Source: Sedimentisphaerales bacterium (GTDB taxonomy: Bacteria; Planctomycetota; Phycisphaerae; Sedimentisphaerales; SM23-30). From it: a DNA stretch of 64,000 nucleotides. The DNA lies in the NCBI GenBank assembly GCA_963663965.2, contig CAXXFK010000024.1, forward strand, positions 1 through 64,000, written 5' to 3'. Numbering within the stretch: position 1 is the stretch's first letter; each line of letters starts with the position of its first letter. Below are positions 55,090-64,000 of this stretch, piece after piece. Position numbers and translations under genes: made by a program. A model generated the notes under the pieces. It did not search any database. It was not told where the DNA came from and saw nothing but the letters and a program-made list of their open reading frames with translations.

Positions 55090-57060
55090 TTACCTTGTTT
55101 TCAGGCAGGATACCGTAATGTCTCCGTTGGAATCCGTTCCGCCATCACTTCGTACCGAAGCGACCAATTGCACGCCGGCCCGGGGCATCTGCTTTAATAC
55201 CAACTGATAGGTATTATTGCTATTACGCCCTCCCGTTGTGCCTTCATGTTCATCACGAGCTAATACCGTGTCTCCCTGGCGTAATTCGGCCCAGGCGATA
55301 TCCAAACGATGTGTACCGGAGGTATAGCTAAACGTTATTTCCAAGTTGCCGGCATCTTTGATAAAGTCAGAAACATTCCATTGCATGGTTTTAAAAGTCT
55401 CGCTGGTTTGACCGGATTTCCAGTTGCCAATAACTACCGGTTCTGGTTGCAGCGGGTGATAATTCACATCCAGACCATCCAAACGTTTGACATGAAGTTC
55501 CAGACGCTGAGTAAAAGAAGCATAATCGCGTTGTTGAACCGGCGACCAGACCACTTCAGCCAGGGCGCACATTCGCGGCAAAGCCATGTATTCAGCCTGT
55601 TTTGGATTGGGAATGTATTCAGTCCATATCTGAGCCTGCGCCCCCAGAACATGGCCGGCTTCATCTTCCGTCAGAGCAGCAGGTACAGGTTCATAATTAT
55701 AAACTTTCTTTAGCGGTAAAAAACCACCTATGGCCAGAGGTTCATTTTTGGGGTCTGCCTGGTAATGGTCAAAGTAGGTATAACTGTTGGGAGCCATGAC
55801 GACATCATGCCCGGATCGGGCCGCGGCAATTCCGCCATTTTCACCCCGCCAGGACATCACAGTCGCTCCCGGGGCAAGTCCACCTTCCAGAATTTCATCC
55901 CAGCCAATCAAACGCCGGCCGCGTTCGGCCAGAAAGGTATCCATGCGCTTGATAAACCAGCTTTGCAGTTCATGCTCGTCATTGAGCCCCAGTTCTTTCA
56001 TACGCGCCTGGGCTTTGGGATTTTCCTGCCATTGTTTTTTAGGGACTTCATCGCCACCGATATGGATAAACTTACCCGGGAACAATTCCAGCACTTCAGT
56101 CAGCACATCCTGCAAAAAACTTATGGTACTTTCATCCACATTGAAGACATTGTAGTTGACACCCCATGTCGTATGTACCGACAACTGTTCACCGGTATTG
56201 CCCAGTTCCGGGTAAGCCGCCAGCGCCGCCTGGCAGTGTCCGGGCATTTCGATTTCCGGTACAATGGTGACAAACCGTTCAGCGGCGTAAGCAACAATTT
56301 CTCGAATATCATCCTGGGTATAAAAACCGCCGTGGGGCTTGCCATCATATTGCTTGGAACGGGCAGCGTGTCCAACAACTGTTTCATTGCGCCAGGCTCC
56401 CACTTCGGTCAGTTTGGGATACTTTTTGATTTCAATTCGCCAACCTTGATCTTCAGTCAGATGCCAGTGAAAAACATTCATCTTATGTAAGGCGATCAAA
56501 TCGATGTATTTTTTGACAAATTCTTTGGGCATAAAATAGCGACCTACATCCAGATGCATTCCGCGCCAGCTAAAACGGGGATAGTCCTCGATCTTTAGAC
56601 AGGGCACACACCATTCGATGGGGCCAACCGGCGCATCCCGATAGATTTCAACCGGCAACAACTGGCACAAGGTCATCATACCATAAAAAACACCGGCTTT
56701 TTCAGGCGCTTCAATGATCACCCGGCTGGAAGTGATTTTTAGCTGGTATCCCTCAGGCCCCAGGCTCGAAAGCAATCCCGGCTGCAATACCAATACCACT
56801 TTATTATCAGTCTGATTACCAGTTTCTCCTGTTTTGAGATAAAATCCCATCGCAGGAGATAATATCGTGGAAAGCTGGTCTGCCATATCCAGAATCTTGC
56901 TTTGACTTTCAATTCTGGTATCAGGATTGAATCGGAAAAATCCAGTCTCCAACTTTATTTTTACCGGTTGAGGTATCAACGCAACGGATTCATCGGCAGG
57001 CAAACGGTTGGAAATGAACAGAGTCACAAGTATGATGAATAGGCTGGCAATCTTTTTCAT
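55090..57060 (-). CDS. GH20 beta-N-acetylhexosaminidase
   Basis: DYPRFSWRGMHLDVGR, HWHLTEDQGWR, PEIEMPGH, HIGGDE, QIWTEY. Confidence 0.96.
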   Translation of the reverse strand: MKKIASLFIILVTLFISNRLPADESVALIPQPVKIKLETGFFRFNPDTRIESQSKILDMADQLSTILSPAMGFYLKTGETGNQTDNKVVLVLQPGLLSSLGPEGYQLKITSSRVIIEAPEKAGVFYGMMTLCQLLPVEIYRDAPVGPIEWCVPCLKIEDYPRFSWRGMHLDVGRYFMPKEFVKKYIDLIALHKMNVFHWHLTEDQGWRIEIKKYPKLTEVGAWRNETVVGHAARSKQYDGKPHGGFYTQDDIREIVAYAAERFVTIVPEIEMPGHCQAALAAYPELGNTGEQLSVHTTWGVNYNVFNVDESTISFLQDVLTEVLELFPGKFIHIGGDEVPKKQWQENPKAQARMKELGLNDEHELQSWFIKRMDTFLAERGRRLIGWDEILEGGLAPGATVMSWRGENGGIAAARSGHDVVMAPNSYTYFDHYQADPKNEPLAIGGFLPLKKVYNYEPVPAALTEDEAGHVLGAQAQIWTEYIPNPKQAEYMALPRMCALAEVVWSPVQQRDYASFTQRLELHVKRLDGLDVNYHPLQPEPVVIGNWKSGQTSETFKTMQWNVSDFIKDAGNLEITFSYTSGTHRLDIAWAELRQGDTVLARDEHEGTTGGRNSNNTYQLVLKQMPRAGVQLVASVRSDGGTDSNGDITVSCLKTR

Positions 57061-57106
57061 GATTGGGTGTCCTGTCAGATCGTGTTTTTACAATATCTTT
57101 CTAACA

Positions 57107-59467
57107 TTACATATCTTCTATGGACTTACGCAACTGTCGACAGGAATGATAGAACTCTTCGGGTTCCATTTCCTTTAAGAAGGTAAAGCCTCGTGTTGCC
57201 CTGATCAGCGGACTGGTATGATCGTAGAACCATTCGCGGCCCAGACAGGTCTTGAGTTTTTGATATTGCTGGACCTGGATGCGCTGCGCTAACTCAGAAA
57301 ATGGTCCATCATATTCATAACTGGGGAAAGACGCTTCTTTCTGGCTTAAAAACGAATTGATAAATGCCTGATGCATCACTGAGAACATATTCAAGCTAAC
57401 CGGAACATATACATTGGCTTCAGCCGGATCGAACCGGTACCAGACATTGCGATAGCCCCAGATACGGATATCGGTTCGGCGGGTACGTTCCTGATAGATT
57501 CGCAATGCTTCAGCAACCGCCTGCAAGACCTTATAATGGGTATCCGGTCCACTGGCTTCAGGATCCAGAGCGACGGTTATCACATCGGGATGGATACGTT
57601 CCAGTTGTTCGGCGATGGGCATCACATCACGCCGTCGGGTTGGTTGAGGGGTAAAGATATCCCCGGTATAGAATCCTAAACGAGCATGGATCACATTATC
57701 ACATTTCCAGCCGTAATAGCCCCAGAGGCATTCGGCCTCCCATTCACGACACATTCCTTTAAGCTTTTTGATATCATCCGGGTCATGCTTGCCGGGATAC
57801 TGAGTGGTAAAATAAACCAACAGTTCATCCAGACGTTTACTGATACGGCGCAGATCGCGCGTACCTAATACTTCGTGCAGATTACGCAAAAGACGCCGGG
57901 CACACCCTTCGGCCTTCATGTCCGGATTGGAAGCCGCCACACCATCCAGATATTGCCAGACATCACGGTTTCGAGCCATTAAATTGTCCGGGTCAAAATA
58001 ATCTTCTCTACATAGCGCTTTGAACGCGGGACAATTCAGATGATCGAGCAGCTGACTGACCTGCTGGGCCATGAAATGATTGGTGACAGACGTAAAACCG
58101 CTGGTCAGGGTCATGAAATAATGACGATTGCCGGCTTTGCGGAAATGACGCGCCAGGTGACTGAAATAACCAAGCATCACATCGTCATGATGCGGTTCGG
58201 TATGTAAAAAACAGGTATTATCGTAAACCTGAATACCCTTATAGATTTTGCGTTCTATCATTTCAGCCGTCGCCCGAATCAGGGAACGAGGCAACTCCCG
58301 GCTTTTTTTCAGGATTAACTGGCCGAATGGATCCTGTTCCAGATCCTTGGCATGCAACTGATTGAGACGTTTATTCTTTTTGGTTGCCAAATCGATCAGA
58401 ATATGTTCAACATCCTGATCAGACAAAGTTTTCTTTTTACGATAATCCTGATATTCACGATCGGGCAATAATTTCGCCGCACCACGGGTCAGGAAAAATT
58501 TGGCCGCGGGCAATTTACCCAGCGCTGTCGCCGGGATCCGAACATCCGGACCGGACAGGATTGCCTGTGCCACAACCTGGGCTTTGGCTTCCCCTGCCGC
58601 CATAATTATGACCGTACATTCCGGATTGTAGGTAATCGTTTTAAGGCCAATCGTAATGACCAGTGCGTTCCGGGAAGTTTCGATACCGCCCAAATCAGTG
58701 GCAGCGGCCGCCTGGGTCTCATAGTTGGTCGTACACAAGCGAGTTGTACAATGATGATCCGAACCACTGATATTAAAACCGATATGACCATCGGGGCCGA
58801 TTCCTCCCAGAAAGAAACCCAAGCCCCCCAGCGCCTGAATACTATCCTCATATTCCATGCACCAATGGTCAATCCGTTCCAATAATCCTTTCTGTCTTTC
58901 TTCCAAATGAGATTTGGCGTGACGATATCTCAGCGTCAGATCCACCCGTTTGCCCGGCCAGTAATCCATCAGCTGTTCATCTTTCGCCAGACCAATCCGG
59001 CTGGGATCTATCAATAACGCCTTGCGGGGATCAAGACCGAACCCTTTAAGATAATACTCTTTCACGTAATAATTGAAACTATTCGTCTGGGAAGAGTCTA
59101 TTGGATAAAAATCATCAATCTGCACGAAATGCAGACTCTTCATGTCCGGCTTAACATTGGAATTTATACCAATCTTTTCCAATTCAGCACGAACAGTCGA
59201 ACGATCCCAGTTGTTCAACAGATAACGTACCCACTTAATAAAATACTCGGGGGATTTTCCGGTGGGCAGGGAGATGGTTCCTCCCGGATTGTTCTGAACC
59301 CATTCGAGGAATCGAAGGGCAGTCACCTTCCCCAGCATGGGGAAATTGGGTAAAATGACAGAAGGGATTTTCTCGGTGGGCTCATAAATCAATTGATAGG
59401 GAGACTGTTTTAACGCGTATTTTTCTACGTTTGACAGTGTCCATTTACCTTTTTGAATCCTGGGCAT
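57107..59467 (-). CDS. nagB: Glucosamine-6-phosphate deaminase fused to a PIG-L-type deacetylase domain
   Basis: SLPTGKSP and GGIGPDGHIGFN (NagB). HTEPHHDDVMLG, LDPEASGPDTH and SQKEASFPS (PIG-L-like). Start MPRIQK at 59467. Confidence 0.8.
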   Translation of the reverse strand: MPRIQKGKWTLSNVEKYALKQSPYQLIYEPTEKIPSVILPNFPMLGKVTALRFLEWVQNNPGGTISLPTGKSPEYFIKWVRYLLNNWDRSTVRAELEKIGINSNVKPDMKSLHFVQIDDFYPIDSSQTNSFNYYVKEYYLKGFGLDPRKALLIDPSRIGLAKDEQLMDYWPGKRVDLTLRYRHAKSHLEERQKGLLERIDHWCMEYEDSIQALGGLGFFLGGIGPDGHIGFNISGSDHHCTTRLCTTNYETQAAAATDLGGIETSRNALVITIGLKTITYNPECTVIIMAAGEAKAQVVAQAILSGPDVRIPATALGKLPAAKFFLTRGAAKLLPDREYQDYRKKKTLSDQDVEHILIDLATKKNKRLNQLHAKDLEQDPFGQLILKKSRELPRSLIRATAEMIERKIYKGIQVYDNTCFLHTEPHHDDVMLGYFSHLARHFRKAGNRHYFMTLTSGFTSVTNHFMAQQVSQLLDHLNCPAFKALCREDYFDPDNLMARNRDVWQYLDGVAASNPDMKAEGCARRLLRNLHEVLGTRDLRRISKRLDELLVYFTTQYPGKHDPDDIKKLKGMCREWEAECLWGYYGWKCDNVIHARLGFYTGDIFTPQPTRRRDVMPIAEQLERIHPDVITVALDPEASGPDTHYKVLQAVAEALRIYQERTRRTDIRIWGYRNVWYRFDPAEANVYVPVSLNMFSVMHQAFINSFLSQKEASFPSYEYDGPFSELAQRIQVQQYQKLKTCLGREWFYDHTSPLIRATRGFTFLKEMEPEEFYHSCRQLRKSIEDM

Positions 59468-59498
59468 TGTAATTACATACTCCTTTATGATTTTTAAA

Positions 59499-60866
59499 TT
59501 AATACAGGTGGGTAACGATTCCCAGTTCACGAGGTTGCTGCCATGCTCCCCGGGTAAAATCGGGAAATTTAACCGGCTTGCCGCCTAAACGAACGGATTC
59601 TTCGCTGAGTGGAATGATCACACTCCAGATCACGGAATCATATACGTCGATATCGGGAGCGATGCCCTGGCGCAGTGCCTGAATCAGGCGATAATCTTCG
59701 ACATAATCCATACCGCCATGGGTAGCCCCCTGGGCTTTTTCTTTCAGAGATTTCCAGACCGGATGTTCAAATTCCTCCTGATATTTTGAGAGGTCTTCCC
59801 AGTTATGAGCCGGTGAAAGGCCTTCAATATGAATCTGCTGAATGGGATACTTATGCATCAGTCCCTTAGTCCCTTGAACCACAAAATCGCGGCTATAGGG
59901 TCGAGGCAGATTGGTATCATGTTTACAAATGATAACTTTGCCTTTCTTCGTCTTAATCAGACAAATATTAACATCACCCAAGGCAAATTTTGTATTTACC
60001 CATTCACTTTCGGGATAATGTTCTTTCGCATATTCATTTAAGCCCAGCGACTTGGTGCTCATCGAGACAATGGTATCCAGAGCATCACCGCGATTGATAT
60101 CCATACACCAGGCCATAGGGCCAATACCGTGCGTCGGATAGAGATTACCATTCCGTTTAACCGATTGCATTAAACGCCACATTCCCTGATAAAAATCTGG
60201 TGATAATTTCAGGGCGCGAAGATCATGTAGATAACCACATTCACCATACATGATTTCGCCAAATAATCCTTTTCGGATCATGTTCATCACCAACATTTCG
60301 GTTGGATCATAACAGCAATTTTCCATCAAAATACAATGTTTCGCGGTCTTTTCTGATGTTTCAACCAGTTCCCAGCATTCATCGACACTTAAAGCGATAT
60401 TGACTTCGGAAGCGGCATGTTTACCATTTTTCATGGCAGCCAAACAAATTGGAGCGTGCCAACGCCACGGGGCAGCGTTATAGACCAGATCGAGGTCTTC
60501 TTCCTGGCACATGCGGATAAAGGCGTAATCATCACCGGTATAAACTTTAGGTTCGGGTTGACCCGCTTTGACTGTTTCTTTTGACGCCCAATCGGTACGT
60601 TCCGGCCGGATATCACAGACGGCAGCCAATTGGCAACCTTCGATCTTCAGCAGATTTCTCACGTGGCTACTTCCCTGGTGACCAATACCCACATAACCCA
60701 CTTTAATCAAATCTTTGGGTTGTGAACCTACTCCCATCATCGTTCTAACATTCTTGGGGCCACCCGGGGTCAGTGAATTACATCCAGTCATCTGAGCCAA
60801 GACTGTCCCCGCACCAGCTAGCGCACCCATTCTAATAAAATCCCTGCGATCAATCGATTCTTTCAT
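59499..60866 (-). CDS. Tat-exported GH109-like NAD+-dependent glycosidase (alpha-N-acetylgalactosaminidase-like)
   Basis: DRRDFIR Tat motif, APWRWH, MENCCY, GYLHDLR, GNLYPTHG, HGGMD, FPDFTRG. Confidence 0.88.
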   Translation of the reverse strand: MKESIDRRDFIRMGALAGAGTVLAQMTGCNSLTPGGPKNVRTMMGVGSQPKDLIKVGYVGIGHQGSSHVRNLLKIEGCQLAAVCDIRPERTDWASKETVKAGQPEPKVYTGDDYAFIRMCQEEDLDLVYNAAPWRWHAPICLAAMKNGKHAASEVNIALSVDECWELVETSEKTAKHCILMENCCYDPTEMLVMNMIRKGLFGEIMYGECGYLHDLRALKLSPDFYQGMWRLMQSVKRNGNLYPTHGIGPMAWCMDINRGDALDTIVSMSTKSLGLNEYAKEHYPESEWVNTKFALGDVNICLIKTKKGKVIICKHDTNLPRPYSRDFVVQGTKGLMHKYPIQQIHIEGLSPAHNWEDLSKYQEEFEHPVWKSLKEKAQGATHGGMDYVEDYRLIQALRQGIAPDIDVYDSVIWSVIIPLSEESVRLGGKPVKFPDFTRGAWQQPRELGIVTHLY

Positions 60867-61139
60867 AATCGTTCTCCAATCAATAAATAGAATACTATTA
60901 TCGAATCCCAATAGTGATTACTTCGGGTTTTGTTAACTGTTTACAAAGAAACACCTTATGCTTTTTCCACACTTGCCGGTCCTATTATCCACAGTTTTTC
61001 CTGTATTACAAATGAAATCACCTGTACTTTAAAGAAATATAAAGATATTAGACACATTAAATAATAACGCTAATCCCAATTGACATAAATAGATGGAAGT
61101 AATAAAATAATGTAAAATAGTAAGCTTATAGGAGAAATC

Positions 61140-62039
61140 GTGAAAAAGAAAGGCCCTCATGCCCCAATAAAGAAAAAATACACTACCGGACAACCGGGCC
61201 GGGTAAGTGATGCGGTCTACTTCTATTACGATACTGCGCCAGATTATAACGATCAACTGGCGATTGTCTGCGGCGGATTTGAAAAATGTGCGCCAGACTT
61301 CGATATTGATCGCTCAAATTATCCCTATTTTTTCATCAAATATACCATCAAAGGCAGCGGTACACTTGAGATTGGCTCTCGTACCCACACTTTGAGACCC
61401 GGATCTTTATCCGGGTTCGAACCGGCCACTCCTCACCACTATCAGGCAGATCCAAACAATCCTATGGAACATATTTTCGTCACGTTTCTGGGCAATGATG
61501 CGGGCGATTTATTTGAAAAAAGTAAATTGGCAGAACGTCATGTGATTGACGTATCAGACCCGGAAGAAATACATCGAGTCTTTCAGAAAATCCTTCAAAT
61601 CGGACTGGATAAACCGGTTTTTTCCCAGGAAATCTGCTGTTTGAATCTTCGCATGATCTTATTGGAACTGGCATCAGAGTTTTCCCGGTCTCAATCCCAT
61701 AATCCCCTTTCCAAGATTACCTATCATAAATGCCGGGAATATATCGATGGTCATTTTACCGAAATAAAAACGCCCCGTGAAGTGGCGGAACATTGTTGTA
61801 TTGACGTTCGCTACATGTCAGCGCTCTTCAAGAAATACTGCCATATCCCTCCCAGCCAATACCTCATGCGGTTGAAACTGAATAAAGCCGCCAACCTGTT
61901 ATTGAATACGGAAGCAACCATTAAGGAAATCGCTTTCCGGATCGGTTTTGATGATCCCTACCACTTCTCCAAGAATTTTAAAGAATTTCACGGACGTTCA
62001 CCCCAGTTATACCGGGAACAACATATGCATTCCCGGTAA
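61140..62039 (+). CDS. AraC-family transcriptional regulator
   Basis: Cupin-like N-terminus. IKEIAFRIGFDDPYHFSKNFKEFHGRSP. Divergent from the glycan cluster. Confidence 0.93.
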   Translation: MKKKGPHAPIKKKYTTGQPGRVSDAVYFYYDTAPDYNDQLAIVCGGFEKCAPDFDIDRSNYPYFFIKYTIKGSGTLEIGSRTHTLRPGSLSGFEPATPHHYQADPNNPMEHIFVTFLGNDAGDLFEKSKLAERHVIDVSDPEEIHRVFQKILQIGLDKPVFSQEICCLNLRMILLELASEFSRSQSHNPLSKITYHKCREYIDGHFTEIKTPREVAEHCCIDVRYMSALFKKYCHIPPSQYLMRLKLNKAANLLLNTEATIKEIAFRIGFDDPYHFSKNFKEFHGRSPQLYREQHMHSR

Positions 62040-62082
62040 AACCAGCACTTCCAGGTAAAAATCCATATTTATTCAACTGGTA

Positions 62083-62889
62083 TTATTGATTCGGCAAGAC
62101 CAGATCAGGTTGGGCTTTAAAGCCTTTATGCCAATAGTAGGTGTAGACATCTTCCAGGGGCACTCTTTCCACATGGGCATCCGTAAACACCATGTTTATC
62201 GCACGATTGTGCCGATTTAATAAAATTCTAGGGGCGGCGTTTGCCATCGGCAGATTACCGCCGATTCCACCACCCTGTAAATCGACCAATCGTGGCGAGG
62301 GTTCGCGATTACCATCAATATCACTGTGAGTCGGCCAGGTATCTACCCAGGCGCCATCAGTTATCAATGGCGTTGTGTTTTTTGCTTCACTAATTTTCTG
62401 GAAATAACGCTCATCAGGATTTCCATAAAGCCAGCCATTGATCAGGTAACTTCCCTCGGAATATTGATTTTCAGGTACTTCAGTATTATCTTGACCGGAA
62501 TATTGCCATTGCCAATTGAGTTTGGCCGTTCCATACGCAATACCCGCATTATTAATATTCTTCCAGCGTTTACAACTAGGGCATTGCATAATCATCATGG
62601 CACCTTCCTGGTATCCTTTCGTATAGTTTTTATCTCCCAGATAGGGCGCGAAACGATAAAACCAGAAAGGATTATAATTATAGGGAATAGGCTTTTGGCT
62701 ATAATCTTCAGCATAATAATAGAAAGCCAGTCCCCATTGTTTAAGTTGGGAGCCACAGGTTGAGGCTTTTGCCTGATCACGAGCTTTTCCCAGCGCCGGC
62801 ATCAGGATTGCAACTAATAACGCAATAATAGAAATAACGACCAGTAATTCGATTAACGTAAAGCCTTTTTTGCGTTGGAAACGGTTCAT
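62083..62889 (-). CDS. Prepilin-type N-terminal cleavage/methylation protein (DUF1559-like)
   Basis: [28 protein letters not shown] and [16 protein letters not shown] (H-X9-DA variant). Start at ATG 62889. Confidence 0.88.
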   Translation of the reverse strand: MNRFQRKKGFTLIELLVVISIIALLVAILMPALGKARDQAKASTCGSQLKQWGLAFYYYAEDYSQKPIPYNYNPFWFYRFAPYLGDKNYTKGYQEGAMMIMQCPSCKRWKNINNAGIAYGTAKLNWQWQYSGQDNTEVPENQYSEGSYLINGWLYGNPDERYFQKISEAKNTTPLITDGAWVDTWPTHSDIDGNREPSPRLVDLQGGGIGGNLPMANAAPRILLNRHNRAINMVFTDAHVERVPLEDVYTYYWHKGFKAQPDLVLPNQ

Positions 62890-63196
62890 ATTGATCTCCA
62901 AATCATATCTCTCACTTGTTGCCAAGACACATTAATCCACTTTCTACCACATGCCCATACTATCTAAATAACATGTTAAATTATAGCTCAAGCTATAACT
63001 GGCGGAAATGGAGCAAAGTAAGAGAATGATGGAGATACGTATTGAGAGTACTGACTTTTTACGAAACGCCACCAAATAGTTGGCATATTTCAATAACAAA
63101 TATTAATATTATGGGCTGTGGCCTGATTGATATTATATCGAGCCCCAATATTTTTATCGGACATGATAACTGTTTCCGCTTTGGAATCCTCCCGCT

Positions 63197-64000
63197 TCAG
63201 GAATCGGCCAAACCAACGGGGCGAACGCCATTACCGGGGATATCAACATCCCCGAGATCTTGGCGGACTTGCTCAACCAGTTCTAACAGCTCCTCTACCA
63301 CTTCAGGGTATTGATCGGCAACATTGAATTTTTCGCTGATATCGGTTTCCAGGTTATATAACTCGGTACCCGTCTTACCACTGCCATAGGGTCCGGGAAA
63401 ACCATCTTTACCCGGCTCGACATTTTCATAAGACCGGTAATTATGAGGAACGTGCAGTTTCCATTTACCCCGCCGGACACACTGGAGTTGGTCCCCTTTA
63501 TTGTGAGTATAATAGTAATAAAATTCGTTACGAGGATTGGCATTGGGTTTATTCATTAACAGTGGCAGGATATTTACACCGTCGATTTTATGATCGGGCA
63601 GGTCAGCATCGGCCAGAACTGCCAATGTTGGTAAAATATCGATTGTCGCGGCGATCTTATCACAGACGGTTCCGGCAGGAATCCGGCCCGGCCAGCGCAT
63701 GATACAGGGTTCCCGCTGCCCCCCTTCCCAACTGCTGCCTTTGCCTTCGCGTAAAGGAAGAGCGCATCCGGCATGATTGCCAAAGTTGAGCCAGGGACCG
63801 TTATCGCTGGTATAAATAACCAGAGTATTATTATCAAGGCCATGTTTTTTCAACGTTTTCAGAATTTCACCGACAGACCAGTCGATTTCCATGATAACAT
63901 CACCATACATGCCCTGCTCGCTTTTACCCCGGAATTTATCCGATACTCCCAGAGGTACATGAGGCATGGAATGTGGCACATATAAAAAGAACGGATGATC
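63197..64000 (-). CDS. Sulfatase (S1 family), C-terminal part; 5' end outside the window
   Basis: [47 protein letters not shown]. Confidence 0.92.
   Translation of the reverse strand, partial: DHPFFLYVPHSMPHVPLGVSDKFRGKSEQGMYGDVIMEIDWSVGEILKTLKKHGLDNNTLVIYTSDNGPWLNFGNHAGCALPLREGKGSSWEGGQREPCIMRWPGRIPAGTVCDKIAATIDILPTLAVLADADLPDHKIDGVNILPLLMNKPNANPRNEFYYYYTHNKGDQLQCVRRGKWKLHVPHNYRSYENVEPGKDGFPGPYGSGKTGTELYNLETDISEKFNVADQYPEVVEELLELVEQVRQDLGDVDIPGNGVRPVGLADS

Overview
This is a bacterial window, most likely a planctomycete of the Phycisphaerae type. That is inferred from two DUF1559/H-X9-DG prepilin-like genes, an ECF sigma-FecR pair and many secreted proteins with dockerin-like tails. From left to right: (1) A frameshifted TolC/CusB-type metal-efflux gene pair. 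(2) tRNA-Leu(CAA) carrying a ~6.5-kb phage-satellite-like element bounded by a perfect 102-bp direct repeat, with an integrase, a TerS-like HTH, an AAA helicase, a primase and two AlpA-like genes. (3) An apparently older ~7.9-kb island ending in a decayed copy of the same att site. It carries an ECF sigma factor, a FecR anti-sigma factor, a surface protein and a PL8-like lyase, and the FecR and lyase share a ~77%-identical 135-aa C-terminal domain. (4) Three tandem secreted arylsulfate sulfotransferases with carbohydrate-binding and dockerin-like modules. (5) An ISKra4-like remnant and an IS4 element with a 9-bp target duplication. (6) A cobalamin riboswitch ahead of a BtuH-like surface protein and a translationally coupled DUF1559 pilin-like gene. 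(7) An oxidoreductase/isomerase/MFS operon, a GH2 and two LamG proteins. (8) A long hexosamine/fucose glycan-utilisation cluster (GH109, NagB-PIG-L fusion, GH20, NahK-like kinase, SSS transporter, GH29, CBM9-like, GH2) interleaved with the threonine-catabolism genes tdh and kbl, followed by AraC, a second DUF1559 gene and a partial sulfatase. Several frameshifts look like sequencing errors, most of them single-base slips in homopolymer runs. All family calls come from motif recognition by eye, not from database searches.
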